A DNA stretch of 59,891 nucleotides from contig NC_058132.1 in NCBI RefSeq assembly GCF_016433145.1, positions 89,174,432 through 89,234,322 of the forward strand. Reading direction: 5' to 3'. Origin of the DNA: Gracilinanus agilis (Eukaryota). The translations under genes and the position numbers were made by a program. Positions 11,845-25,246 of the stretch are shown here, in pieces (the first letter of the stretch is position 1; the number at the start of each line of letters is the position of its first letter). The notes under the pieces are model-generated. The model saw only the letters and a program-made list of their open reading frames with translations. It was not told the DNA's origin and ran no database searches.

Positions 11845-12060
11845 CTAGTGCCCTAGATATTAAGCCATGAATATATAATTTCAAATCCTACCTTGACACT
11901 TACTGGTTATGTGACCCTGGGCAAGTTACCTGACCCTGTCACAATTTCCTCCTTGTAAAATGAGAATAACAATAGCACTTAACTCCCAGGATTATTGGGT
12001 TGATAAATTGAGAAAATATATATAAGTGATTCATAAATCTTAAAGTACTATACAAATGCT
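11845..12060 (+). mobile_element. MIR-type SINE (approximate bounds)
   Basis: TGTGACCCTGGGCAAGTTA...TTTCCTCCTTGTAAAATGAG...ATAATAGCAC-like core. Confidence 0.75.
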
Positions 12061-15000
12061 ATCTGGTAATAGTATAAATTCAAAATACACTACAATTAGG
12101 CTAAAAAGAATACATTTCACACTTGCAAGATGGAAATGGGGTGTGTCACTTACAGTTATGATGAAAATAAATCTGGATATTTTGGTGCACAGTAAATCCC
12201 ATTTAAGTTAGAAATGTTACATTGCAGGAAAAAATAAAAGCCAATATAATCTTAAAATGAATTAATAAAGTTTTTTTTCTGGAATTAGAATGATGCTTTG
12301 ATGCTTTATTCTTCCAAGTTCCAATTAGATTTATACTATAGTGTTCAGGAATAGGCACGGAGAACATTTTTAAAAAGAGAAATGATGAAGAAGAGGGTAA
12401 GCAGATTGCTTTAGGGTTCCAAGTTTGTGCCATATTAGGAGCTATTCAAGGAACAAAAAAGGGGAATATTTTCATGAAGAAGGAGGAGGTGGGTAAAATT
12501 TGATTTATTTGTTTATAAGACTTCTATGTAGTAAAGGGATTTGATAGTTTGTGCTTGGCCCCAAAGCATAGGAATATGAAAAATGGTTGAAACTTGTAGG
12601 AATCCAGATTTCAGTTAATGTAAAGAAAAACTGATTACAATCAGAGCAAAATCAAAAGGATCTGGCTTGTTCCAATGTATTTCCTAAACAATCTCCTTTC
12701 CAGATGTCCTTTAGTATCTATTTTCTTTTCTCTATTTCCCCACCCAGATCTTTAGAATAAGACAATGTTGTTTCCATGAGACAATTACAGTAAAAGTTCA
12801 AACATCCTTCAGTGCCTTGGGAATTTCATAGTAATTTCTAACTTTCTTTTGTTGCTTCATTTACTTTAACCTAAGTGGATATAGAACTGATTGCCCTGTC
12901 CCTCATAGCCTGAAAGGCTTTTAAGCATGACATATTTCATCCCTCTATTAGTGCTTTCCTAGTTTCCTTAAAAAGGATTGCCTGTGTACAAATGGCTATA
13001 GTTATTTTTGGTAGTGTCCAACACCAAAAATATAGGAGTGGTTCAGTGTAACTCCATTCTATTTATCCACTAACAGTCATTTTTTTTACAAAGGAATATT
13101 TACTCTGAAAGACATAATCACAAATGTACAAACTTTCTTCGCAACTTGTGAAGTTTAATCTGTATCCCTTTTTATATGCTAAAGGAGTAAGTTTGTATTT
13201 TTGTGATCAAAACTTTTGAACTAAAGATTACTTTGTAAAAGTGAATTTGACCATTAAATGATGAAATGAAATTGGAGTGCAGTGGACTAATTCTAGCATT
13301 AGCTGAATTCTAGCTATCTAAAATTTTGTGCTCTTACACCAGGCATAAAATGAATAAATAAATAAATGAAATTCCTGACCCTACTACAAATAGAAGCATT
13401 ATAATACTTAAATTGAGGTTTACTTTCCTTACACAAAATTTCTAAATGTTTCTTCTTAATTAAAATATCTGTAGTTAGTTCACTGGAGCCCATTACAATT
13501 GAGGGAAAATCAAAGAGGCAGGAGCTGGGCCTATTTATAGAGGGCCTAGATTCCTTAATCTCACTTAAAGGTACTGAAGAACCTTGCATGAGGAGTTAAA
13601 ATAAAAGAGACCTGACCTCCTCCTATGCAGTGAAAAACAACATGGCAGTGTTAAAAAGCACAGGAGTAGAGTAGAGTCAAGAAGGCTGCTGAGTAGCAAC
13701 AAATACTGAAAGCCCTCTGACAATCTTTCCAAATCAATCTTTAAAAAACACCTCAAAATGACAAGAGTCAAAAACCAGCACAAGATAGAGTAGGGGGCTC
13801 TCCTGCTGAACACAACTTGAAAGGTATGCAGAGAGAATTTATTTTCAGAGGATTTTCAAGGAATAAAGGAGAATGGGAATTAATAATACACACAGAGAAG
13901 TGCTAGCCAACCACTCCCTCCAACCTATTGCACCATGTTCTGAGACTGGGCATAGGCCAAATTTGAGATCCCAGGACCTTCCTTATACCACCAACATCAG
14001 AGCACCAGATCCCAGACCCACCCTTTGAAATCTCAGGCCCTGGCACAAACCTGGAAATCAATAGCACTTGGACTTTTCAAGTCTGTGCTGTGGTGAAACC
14101 CTTAGCCCCAGGACAAAATAGCTCTGAGTGCTGCGACCTGCAGAACATCAGCAGAGGTGATGAAAACAGCAGCTTTTGAAACTTGCATTCCACAGCCAAA
14201 AAAAGACTGGGAAAATGAGCAAAAAGAAAAAGAAACGCTTAAACCTAGAAAATTTCTATGAAGACAAATAGCAAAGCTGGAGTCTGTGAGATCCAAGCAA
14301 CCACATGCAAAACTTCAAAGAAAAATGGGAATTGGTTTCAGGCTTGGGAAAACTCAAAAAGCATTTTAAATATCAAATAAGGCAGGTCAAAAGAATATAA
14401 GAAAAAAAAGTGGGGGGAAATTGGATAAAAAGACAAAAATAATGCAAAAAGAAAATATCCGAAGCAAAATGGGTCAACTGGAAAAAGAGGCATGAAAATC
14501 CAATGAAGAAAAAAGTGTTTTAAAAAAACAGAATTAACCTATTTCATAAAGAAGCAAAAAAAATTAAGAAAAGAGTATCACAAAAAGTAAAATGGACCAA
14601 AGGGAAAAGGAAGATCAAAAGTTCATTGAAGAAATTCATTCTTTTAAAATTAGAAACTAATGACTTAACAAGACATCAATAAATAATAAAAACAAAATCA
14701 AAAGAACAAAAAATAGAGGAAAATATGAAATATCTCATTAAAATGGCATGAAAATAGATCCAAGAGAAAAAGTTAAAGAATTATTAGATTATCTGAAAAT
14801 CATGATAAAAAATAAAAGCCTGGATATCATGTTACAAGAAATTAACTAAGAAATTTCCTTGATATTCTTAAATAAGGGGGTAAAATAGAAATTGAAAAAA
14901 TCTACAAATCACCTTTTGCAATAAATTCCCAAGTGACAACTCCCAGGAATATTATAGCCAAGTTTAAGAGCTCCCAGAAAATATTGCAAAGAGATAGGAA

Positions 15001-15133
15001 GAAATAATTCAGATATCATGGAGCCCCAGTCAGGTTTACACAGGATCTAACAGCTTCCACATTGAAGGACAGGAAGTCTTAGAATATGATATTCCAGAAA
15101 GCAAAGGAACTAGGTTTACAATAAAAAATAACC

Positions 15134-15172
15134 ATCATTTCTCAGTCTTTTGGCTAAGATCAAGTGTAGTAT
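15134..15172 (+). pseudogene. 3'-truncated U2 snRNA retrocopy (U2 nt 1-39)
   Basis: ATCATTTCTCAGTCTTTTGGCTAAGATCAAGTGTAGTAT matches vertebrate U2 1-39 (ATCGCTTCTCGGCCTTTTGGCTAAGATCAAGTGTAGTAT) at 35/39. Flanked by TSD AAT(A)nTAACC at 15120-15133 and 15173-15189. Confidence 0.9.
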
Positions 15173-17719
15173 AATAAAAAAAAATAACCTACTCAACAAC
15201 ACTGACTATATTCTCTCAAGGATAAGTATGGTAATTTAATAAAAGAGAAAATTTCCAAGCATTCCTGAAGAAAAGACCAGATGTAAACAGAATATTTGAT
15301 GTCCAAATACAAAATTTAAGAGAAGCATAAAGAGGTATGTAAGAAATAGAAAAAATTGGCTAATAACCTTCTTTTCAGCAGAACATGATACATATAAAAA
15401 ATTGATCATATATGGGGCATAAACATTTCATAACCAAATGCATAAAAGCAGAAAAATAAATACACAATTTTCAGATCATAATTCAATAAAAATTATAATC
15501 AATAAGGGTTCATGGAATGGCAAATTAAAATTTAATTGAAAACTAAATAACATAATTCTTCAAAAAGGTTGGTTCAAAGAACAAAACCATAGAAACAATC
15601 ACTGATTTCAATGAAAAGGATGATAATGATGAGACAACATATCAGTAATTATAGAATACAGCCAAAGCAGCACTCAAGGGAAATTTTATATCCCTGAATG
15701 CTTATATCAGTAAAATAGAGAAAAAGCAACAAATGAATTGGGCATGCAAATAAATAAACTAGAAAAAGAACAAACTAATAACAAATAACCAATTAGAGGC
15801 TAAATTGGAAATCCTAAAAATCAAAGGAAAATTTAATTAAATTTAAAGTAAAAGAATTATTGAATTAATAGATAAGATTAGGAGCTAATTCTATGAAAAA
15901 AATAGAGTATTTGTTACTTTGATTAAAATAAAAAGAAAGAAGAAAATAGAATTACCAGTATAAAAAATGAAAAGGGTGATTTCACCTCTAATGAAGAGGA
16001 AATTAAAGAATTAGGAGCTATTTTATCCAATTATATTGTGATAAATCTGATCATCTAGTGAAATGCATGAATATTTACAAAATTATAACTTGCCTAGATT
16101 TAAAAAAGAGGAACTAGAATATTTAAATAATCCCATCTCAGAAAAAACAAACAACTCTCAATGAACTTTCCAAGAAAAAATCCCAAGGACCAGATAGATT
16201 CAAAAATGATTTCTATCAAACATTTAAATAACAATTAATCCCATTACTATAGAAACTATTTGTCAAAATAAGCAAAGAAGGAGTCTTACCAAATTCCTTT
16301 TATGACACAAACATGCTGCTGATACGTAAACCAGGATGACCAAAAACAGAGAAAAATTTTACAGACCAATTTCCTTAATGAAAAATGATGGAAAAAAAAT
16401 CTTAAATAAAATACTAGCAGACTCAGCAATATATCACAAGGATTATTCCCTATGACCAGGTGGTATTTATACTTACAATGCATGGCTGGTTTAATATTAG
16501 GAAAATCATCAGCATAATTGACCATATAAATAATGAAACTTACAGAAATACATAATTATCTCAATAGAGTCTGAAAAAGCCTTTGACAAAATATGACATC
16601 CATTCCTACTGAAAACACTTGTAAGAATGAGAGTAAAAATGCCTTTCTTTACAATAATAAGTATTATTTATTTAAAAGCATTCGCAAGTATCATCTGCAA
16701 TAGTATAAGTTAGAAGACTTCCCAATAAAATCAAGAGTGAAGAAAGGATGCTCACTGTCATCGCTATTATTTCATGTTGTACTAGAAATGGTAGCTGAGG
16801 TTTTAGAGAAGAAAAAGAAATGGAAGGAATTAAAGCAAGCAATAAGGTAACTAAATTATCACTCTTTGTGGATGATATGATGGTGTACTTAGAGAATCCT
16901 ATAAAAATCAACTAAAAGAACTAATGTAAATAATTAATAACTTTGATGAAGTTGCAGGATTCAAAATAGACTCACATAAATCATTATTATTTCTATATAT
17001 TTCCAAAATAAACTCAGCAGCATGATGTAGAAAGAGGTTCTCCACTTAAAATCATTCTACATAATATACAATACTTGCAAGTCTGTTTGCCAAGACATAT
17101 ACAGGAATTATATGAATACAATTACAAAACACTTTTCATACAAATAAAATTAGGTCTAAACAATTGGAAAAACATAAATTGCTCATGGCTAGAACAAGTC
17201 AATGTAATTAAAATGACAATTCAATTTAAATTGATTTACTTTCTCAGTGGCATACCTATCAAACGATCAAAAAGCTATTTTATAGACCAAAAAAAATTCA
17301 ACTGGAAGAATAGAAGTTCAAGAATATCAAGGGAACTACTTGAAAAAAAATATGAAGGATAGTGGCCTACTAGTACCAGATTTTAATATGTACTATAAAG
17401 CAATAATCACCAAAACAACCTGGTCCTGCCTAGGAAATAAAAGTGTGGATCTATGTAATAGATTAGGGGTAAATTACCTCAGCAATCTAGTGTGTGATAA
17501 TTCTAAAGATCCCAGCTTTTGGAATTAGAACTCACTATTTGATAAAAACTGCTGGGAAAATTTGAAAACAGTTTGGTCAAAATTAGATTTAGATCAATAC
17601 CTCACATACAAGATAAGGTCAAATGCTTTTTTAAAATGATATTATTAGTAAATTAGAGGAACGTAGAGTAGTTTACTTTGGGGATCTATGAAGAAGGAAA
17701 GGATTTATAACCGAAAAAG

Positions 17720-17720
<1 letters not shown>

Positions 17721-17792
<72 letters not shown>
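17721..17792 (+). repeat. Compound microsatellite (GATA)11(GA)14 inside the L1
   Basis: Read directly from the sequence. Confidence 0.98.
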
Positions 17793-17794
<2 letters not shown>

Positions 17795-20048
17795 ATTACA
17801 AGATATAAAATTAACAATTTTGATTATATTATATTTAAAATGGGTTTATTTTTTCTACAAACAAAAGCAATGAAACCAAGTTTAGAAGGGAAAAATAAGT
17901 TAGGAAAACTTTTGATAGCAAATTGCTCTGATAAATTTGATAAATTTGATAAATTGCTCTCCAATATATAAGGAACAAAGTCAAATTCACTAGAATCCTA
18001 GTCATTATCCATTTGATAAATGATCAAAGGGTATTAACAGTCAGTTTCCAGAGCAAGAAATCAAAGTTATCAATAGTTATATGAAAAAATTATTCTAAAT
18101 CCTTCTCAATTAGAAATTAAAATTAAAACTACTCTGAGTTATTATCTCATACTCAGATTGACTAATATGATAGTAAATGAAAATGATAAATGTTGGAGGG
18201 AACGTGGCAAAATTGGGACACTAATGCATTGCTGATTGTTGTGAACTGATCCAACCTTCTAGAGGACAATTTGGAATTTTGCTCAAAGGGCTATAAAAGA
18301 ATGTATACCCTTCGATCCAGTATTACCACTATTAGATCTGTATCCTAAAGAGATAAAAAATGGGAAAGGATTTATTTGCAGAAAAATAATTATAGTTTCT
18401 ATTTTTTCGTGGTGGCAAAGAAAACTAAACTAAACTAAAGAATGTCCTTCAAATGGAGAATGGCTGAATTAATAGTGGTATATAATGGTGATGGAATACT
18501 ATTGTATTATAAGAAATGATGACCAGGATGATTTTAGATAGAGCTGGAAAGACCTAGAAAAGCTAGTGCAGAGTAACCAAAAATATTATACACAGTAATT
18601 GCAATATTGTGGAATAATCAAATATGATAGGCTTTGCAGTGATACAATGTTCCAGGTCAGTTCTGAGGAATGTATGAAAAAGAATGCTATCCACCTCCAG
18701 AGACAGAACTGTTGGAGTAGGAATGCAGGTGCAAGCATATGATTTATATTTGGGGGGGTTGGTTTTATAACATTATTCACTTTTAAAAATGAATAATATG
18801 GAAATATATTTTGCATCAGAATACATGTATAACCAAGTTTGTCAGCTCAGGAGAGGGGAGGGAAGAAGAGGGGGAGGCAATATGGATCATACAACTTCAG
18901 AAAATTTACGTGGAAATTTGTTATTAAAATAAAAAGTCCAGACTGACAAAAAGAGAATAGGAGTCAGAATTCCAATCAGGTCTCCAGATGCTAGTAATAT
19001 TCCATTATTTCTCCATGAACCATCCAGATACATAATTTTTCCAAGTCTGGAAACTCATTAATTCAACAAACATCATTTGTTAAGCATCTTTTCTTTCAAT
19101 ATCCCCATGCGTGCTCTTGGGGGAAACAGAAAGATGGATACGACTCACTCCAGGCCCTTTTGTTCTGGAACTACAAAGTTTCAGAGTTGGGAAGAACCTC
19201 AGAATTCATTCATCCTGTCCTAGAATCCCCTCTTCTTCTGTATCCCCCAAACTTCCTTAATTTACTTGATATGGAAGTAGTTTTGTTTTCTTTATGTAAA
19301 TATAGTGAGATAAAAAAAAAACAAAAGAAAATACTAGCTTAGGAATCAAATGTCCATTTAATTATGCTAAGTTTAACTAACCACATCCTGTCCACATCAT
19401 TTTAGATATCTGGACTTCTATTTCTTCTATAAAAATTAGCTAGAAAAAGTGAATCTAAAACCAAATCATTAGATTATAAAATTCAAAGTAGCTTTCAAAA
19501 TTAAACCATTCCTAATACTAATTTTGAAGATAAGGTCAAAAATAGAATAATAAGAAAAGCTGGAATCAGAAGTTAAATAACCTTGATAATGAATTATCTA
19601 TTGCTTTGTCTAGAATTCTGGGCCTATCCCATTCTTAAAATTGTATATAGGATTATCCCCATACATCTGGATATAACTCTATCCATTGCTGTTCTTTCTA
19701 GGTCCATTGATATCTAGGACACTAAATAAAATGTACTTGAATACAGTTGTCAATCATATCATTCTAAATACTAGAAATGATGAGATTCTGTTGTACTTCA
19801 TGTCCATTTTCTCCTTAAAATCATTCGCTATCTTTTTCTATAGCATTCTTATGAGTAAGTTCTGTGAAGTTTCCTTTAACTGGATCTATTCCACAGGAAG
19901 ATATAAAATGGTAGGAGAATTGATCTTTTGAGCAAGGTCCTCATATTGTATTCCCAAGATTTTCCTCCCTCTCTCTTACACACTTATACCTAACTCCAAT
20001 TTTTTGTGATTAATCCTTGTCCCAAGATGATTCTACCAGTAAACAACC

Positions 20049-20249
20049 ACCTCAGGGATTATAAATGTAATTAAATTTTCCTCTCTATTCCCTGTACTTC
20101 CCCTTGCTTCTAGAAGAGACCAAACGTGGCTATAAAGCCATTGGCCTGTGAGCCATAAGAAAATAGTGTCATTTCTTGAAAAGGTCAATTTCCTTGTGTT
20201 ATTTTTTAACTACCTCAAGGGGTCCTACTGCCTGACTCTTCAGGTGAGT
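20049..20249 (+). promoter_or_regulatory. Candidate promoter and non-coding first exon for the OR at 25247
   Basis: O/E-like ACCTCAGGGA (20049-20058), homeodomain TAATTA (20068-20073), TATAAA (20131-20136), donor CAG|GTGAGT (GT 20244-20245), in an island free of recognisable repeats. Confidence 0.45.
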
Positions 20250-20693
20250 GATCTGTTACTGGGGGAACTATCCATCTGAAAGTAGCTTCCTATTCAAAGT
20301 TTGAAGAAGGGGAAATTATGAGATTATTAAGGGATATTTCTGCATGTGACTTAATACTAATTATAATGCTCTTAAAAACAATTTTGTTAACTTTTTTCAA
20401 ATAATTATTATTATGCATAATAATTATTTTTTTCTCATTTCCCCTTCCAACTGAAAGTATGTGTGCTAGGGCAGTAGTATTGGGGAAAGGGAGTTTAGGT
20501 AAAGGGTTTTTAACAATTGTATACAACCAACAACCCCCCTCAATTTCATATTGACCATACCCCAAAATATGTGAATCATTCAGCTTATCAAATCTATCTC
20601 CTTTCTGTCAGGAAGTAGGTAGCATGATTCTTTGTTGGTCATCTGTAATCTTCCTTGGTCATTGCATTGGTTAAAGTGCTTAAAGCTTTCTCT

Positions 20694-20884
20694 CTCTTTT
20701 TTTTAAACCCTTACCTTCCATCTTGGAGTCAATACTGTGTATTGGCTCCAAGGCAGAATATGGGTAAGGAGTCAAGTGACTTGCCCAGGGTAACACAGCT
20801 GGGAAGTGTCTGAGACCAGATTTGAACCTAGGACCTCCTATCTCTAGGCCTGGCTCTCATTCCATTGAGCCACCCAGCTGCCCC
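20694..20884 (-). mobile_element. SINE1_Mdo-like SINE (variant with CTTGGAGTCAATACTGTG tail segment)
   Basis: Full body with 13-nt TSD TAAAGCTTTCTCT at 20681-20693 and 20885-20897. Confidence 0.9.
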
Positions 20885-21519
20885 TAAAGCTTTCTCTTTT
20901 ATCTGCCTTGTCTGATCACTGGAGATGAGTGCTGAAAAGAGAGCAGCCTATTTTGGAGTTTGAAATATTATGTTTAATAATAACAGCATTTTAGCCTGCC
21001 TTACCCTCATCCCCTAGGCTCATGTCCTTGTGTTCTATGTATTTAAAATGGGGGTGGGACTAGTAACTATGGAAAACAGTCTTTGAACTTTCTGGTCAGA
21101 CAGGGAATAGGGGAGGCTGAGTGACTATTTCTATTGCTAATGAGTTCTACTTGTATTTACCCTCTGATGAATACTAGCTACATGATACTGAATAAATCAT
21201 TTAAGCTCAGCACCTCAGTCTTTAATTATAGAAAAGGTGGTGTTGCCTGTTGATAAAATAGTTCTCAATGAGAGATATCTCATGGTTCCAGTTCAAATTC
21301 ATTTTCAAATAATATCACTATACAGACAAATATTTTCTCAGATGTCTAGATTCTTGCCAATTCCTGGTGAAAAAAAATACAAATATCTGATGGGGAAATT
21401 TTCAGTTTGGAACAGTTTTTTTTATGTTTTGTTTTCTTATTTCAGCAACTGTTGTAATCTCTAGGTGGCTAAATTCCTTGAGATGCTACAATTGATGCCT
21501 ATACTTTTCCTATCACTTT

Positions 21520-22310
21520 TTATTTAAAACTCCACAATCTAACTACCAACTTCAGCATTAAACTGAAATTGCTTTCTCCAAAGTTGCTATTGTTCTCTTA
21601 ATTGCTAGATGTGATGGTCTTTTCTCAGTTTCCATTTTTATACCTCTTTTCAGCCTCTGACATTTTTGACAATCATCTTCTACTTTAAAGATTCTCTTCT
21701 TTCTGTTCTTTTGTGACATTATTCTCTTCTGACTCCCCTCTTAGGTATCTTTAGTTATCTTCATACATTTCATAACTGCAATGAAGGCTGCCTTGCCCAA
21801 GTCTCTGTTCTGAGTTCTATTCTGATTTCCTTCTATACTCTTCGGCTCCTATGGATTCATTAATTATTTTTATGCTGATGATTGCCAAATCTTCTTATCC
21901 AGCAATAATCTCTCTGTTTATCTTGCCTCACATATACAGCTTCATATTAGTTATCTCAAAATTAGTCATGTCCAAAAGTGAACTTATCATCATTACTTCA
22001 TATCTCATCCCTTCTAAAATTTGACCATTGTTGTCAGGGGCACTGGCATCCTCCCATTCACCCAGTTTTGCAACTTACACCTCATCCTCAACTCCTTTCT
22101 CTGTCTTGATTGCCCACATACAATAGATTGTCAAATTTTGTGAACTTTACCTTCATAACATCTTTCATATATGACTCCATCATTGCCTTGACATTGGGGC
22201 AGATTCTCATTATATCAAGCCTGAACAAATAGAATATCCTACTGGTTGCCCATCTAACCTCAAGACTGTTTCTATTCCAGTCTAACCTCATTCAGTTGTC
22301 AAAGTACATA
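21520..22310 (+). mobile_element. L2 LINE fragment (RT region to 3' part, approximate bounds)
   Basis: ATTGCTTTCTCCAAAGTTGCTATTGTTCTCTTAATTGC resembles the L2 RT segment ALSKV.NDLLIA. Pyrimidine-rich and highly decayed. Confidence 0.7.
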
Positions 22311-24419
22311 AAGTGAGTTCAAGGGAGAGTTTAAATTTTAATATATATCTTAATGCCTAAAAAATAAAATATACTGGTAAATAGATTTGTAGCCAAGATG
22401 GAAAGACTGAGAATGGGCTTCCTGAGTTCAAGGGCTATGTTACCTTTTTCTATTTCTTGCCACATGTCCTGTCCAAAGGCTAGAAGGACAATGTGGTGCT
22501 ATTCGGTCTGGCTGACTGATGGATCATACAGAGACCAGGCAGAGATCCCTGGGCCTAATATTTTTTCTTTCTTGCTTCAGTCGGGGACAGAAAGTTGGAT
22601 AAGTGGTCAATCATTAGGTAATCAATACCAATATTTTTGTAAACAATATTAATCCTATTCTCATATAAATTTGGCTTTCAATATATACTTCAATAGACCT
22701 TAAAGAAAATGTTACCTATAGAAGGAAATTTTCCAGTGTGCAGAGGAAAGGAAATCAATGTATTTTTTTATCATATTAATATATAGTTCATCAAGAACAT
22801 CAGAAAAGAAGGAACTTTTAAGGGTCTTGCTTTCTCATTTACCAACTGGACTCTAGAAAGGTATTAATAACTTAGTCAATTAGCATAAATAAAGTAACTA
22901 ATATGCTATGCCAGCATGTGCTGGAAATAGTGCTTAGTACTGGGAATTCAAAGAAATGCAAAACAAATCTCTGCTCTAAAGGAACTAACAGGCCAATGAG
23001 GGAAACAACATGAAAACAACTATGATATCTTTACCAAGGCTCCAAATGATTAATTGGAACTTGTAGAAGTGTGTTGACTAATTTATATAATTTAGATGAT
23101 TTGTTGAAAATGTCAGATATGGGAAAATTCTTTCAATTGGCAAAAATTTACTGAGAACCTAGTATTTCTAGAAAGTTTCAAGTTGCTGTTAAATGAAAGA
23201 ATGACCCAGAGTTTCTCTTTGGAAAGACAAATAAAGGATCTGACAGAGTTGCCTTTCTTCAGCATTCAAAGGAAATGAGAAACATCATTTCACAGAAGAC
23301 AGTCACTTATATGAATTTTGCCTTTATTTTTCAGTGTACCTGGCATTTCTCCCTATGGCCTGCTAAAATTTCACAAGTATATACTATTAATCACATTATT
23401 ATTTTATAAATGGTGAAAACGAAGCTCAGAGAGGTTAAGTGAATTGCCAAGCATCAAATTAGTGACAGCTGTTAAATGTCTGGGACAACAACTTAACCAA
23501 TGTCATAGTTCTAGTTCTGGCAGTTCTATTATCATCCTTTTATAGATGAGGAAATTGAGGCTCAGGGAATAGCTACTTTTTATCTTTTTGATCTAAGGAT
23601 CATTGTCAATAATCATGGCTCCCATATATAATGATCCCATTTAACAAGCTGAGAATAGACTGTGCCAGATGAGGATTAATATTAAAATTCAAAACTCTGT
23701 TCCCCTCCTGAAGTATTTAGTAAGTAATTTCAAAAGTCCCTTCTTTGCAATAGAGATGAGATTATGTAATTGCATAGTTATCAAATATTGAAAGTCTCCC
23801 TTCACTATAAAAGAAAGTCTTCCATAGTCCTATCAAATGAGTAAATATGTTTATATTATTTTTCATGATTTATCTTGAAATTTAAAATAAAAATAAAATA
23901 TTCATACTTAGGAACTAGTTACATTTAAATATATTACTTTATGCACAGAAAATATCCTAAGTTATCAGTTATTTCCTCCATGGATCTAAAGGTAGGCAGA
24001 TATATATTTTCTTGTTCATTCATTCATTATTCCACCTGATTTGGGGGGGGGTGAGAGGGCTTTATATTTTTTCAATTTATTTATTCAAACATTAAAAATA
24101 AAAAATCAATCATTAAAAAAAATATTCACAACAATTATATCAAATTTCCACATTGGCCAGTCAAGTGCCTACAATCTTCCAGACATATTTGAACTAACTG
24201 AAGAATGCCTATTGTCCAAACTATGATATATATGTGGATGTAAAATCCATAGACCTGATCCACTAGTACCTCCATTCTATACATATTTTACAGATGTAAA
24301 CTGCACATGACCTATAATGGAATTTGAAGAGAGTATGCTGTCTTTCCTTTCTGAAAACAGTTTATTGTTTTTACTGACCCCAACTTCTTCCTGAACTAAA
24401 GGTCCATCCTTTTCAAATC

Positions 24420-25010
24420 GTCAAGTCAACAAGCATTTAGTAAATGTCTGCTATTTGCCAAATATTGTATTAAGCACTGGAGACACAAAAATATAAAAAC
24501 TGTCTCCCTCCTCCAGAAGTTCCCACTCTAATGGGGGAGATAATATGCAAGGAATTATGTACACACAAGATATACACAGGAAAACTTGGAGCTAATTGCA
24601 GAGGGAAGGCACTAGTATTAATATCTTTTTTAAACATTTATTAATATTCATTTTTAACCTGTTTACATACTTTATGCCCCTCCTTTCCCCTTCACCCCCC
24701 GCTCTCCCCCCACCCATGGCCGACGCACATTTCCACTGGTTGTAACATGTGTCCTTGTTCAGGGCCTATTTCCATATTGTTGTTAGTTGCATTGGTGTGG
24801 TAGTTTCGAGTCCACATCCTCAATCATGTCCGCCTCAGCCCCTGCATTCAAGCAATTGTTTATCTTCTATGTTTCCTCTCCTGCAGATCTTCCTTTGAAT
24901 GTGGGTAGCGTTCTTTACCATAAATCCCTCAGAGCTGTCTTGTGTCATTGCTAGTATTAATATCTTTAAGAAAGGCATTTTGCAGAAGGTTATTTTAGCT
25001 GGAATTTTTT
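24420..25010 (-). mobile_element. L2 3' end, interrupted by a young L1 insertion
   Basis: AGTCAACAAGCATTTAGTAAATGTCTGCTAT is the reverse of the L2 3' terminus. The L2 resumes after 24967. Confidence 0.7.
24629..24950 (-). mobile_element. 5'-truncated young L1 3' end, 322 bp
   Basis: Perfect 17-nt TSD CTAGTATTAATATCTTT at 24612-24628 and 24951-24967. Poly-T on the left, C-rich tract and retained CpGs. Confidence 0.85.
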
Positions 25011-25246
25011 AACATTAATATTGTTCTAGTAAAGTCATCAGGTTGGGATTCACAAAATTCTGAGGTCTCTGATGATTTAGAGATGAAAAGACAATAGAGA
25101 GGTCCATTTTGCAAGAGAGTAGAGAGAAACACACAGTGATACACAAAGGCAAATAAAGATTGTTGGGTGGAAGTGGTAATGATGTTAATGATGAAGTAAT
25201 CCTAATTATTTCTCTGTAGAGACCCAGAACATCTTCCTCTCTGAGA

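Larger units (their letters stand above)
13600..18935 (+). mobile_element. Old, degraded, near full-span LINE-1 with internal deletions (approximate bounds)
   Basis: 5' UTR-like region, A-rich ORF1 remnants (about 14200-15330), end of the endonuclease (TFFSA.H.TY.KIDH at about 15366), RT motif [10 protein letters not shown] at 16865, zinc-knuckle remnant at about 18190, 3' UTR ending in an A-rich tail. Many stops and frameshifts. Confidence 0.9.

Noticed and set aside
17721-17764. (GATA)11 as a GATA-factor enhancer
   Set aside because: A simple slippage microsatellite grown from an A-rich L1 tract, with no supporting context.
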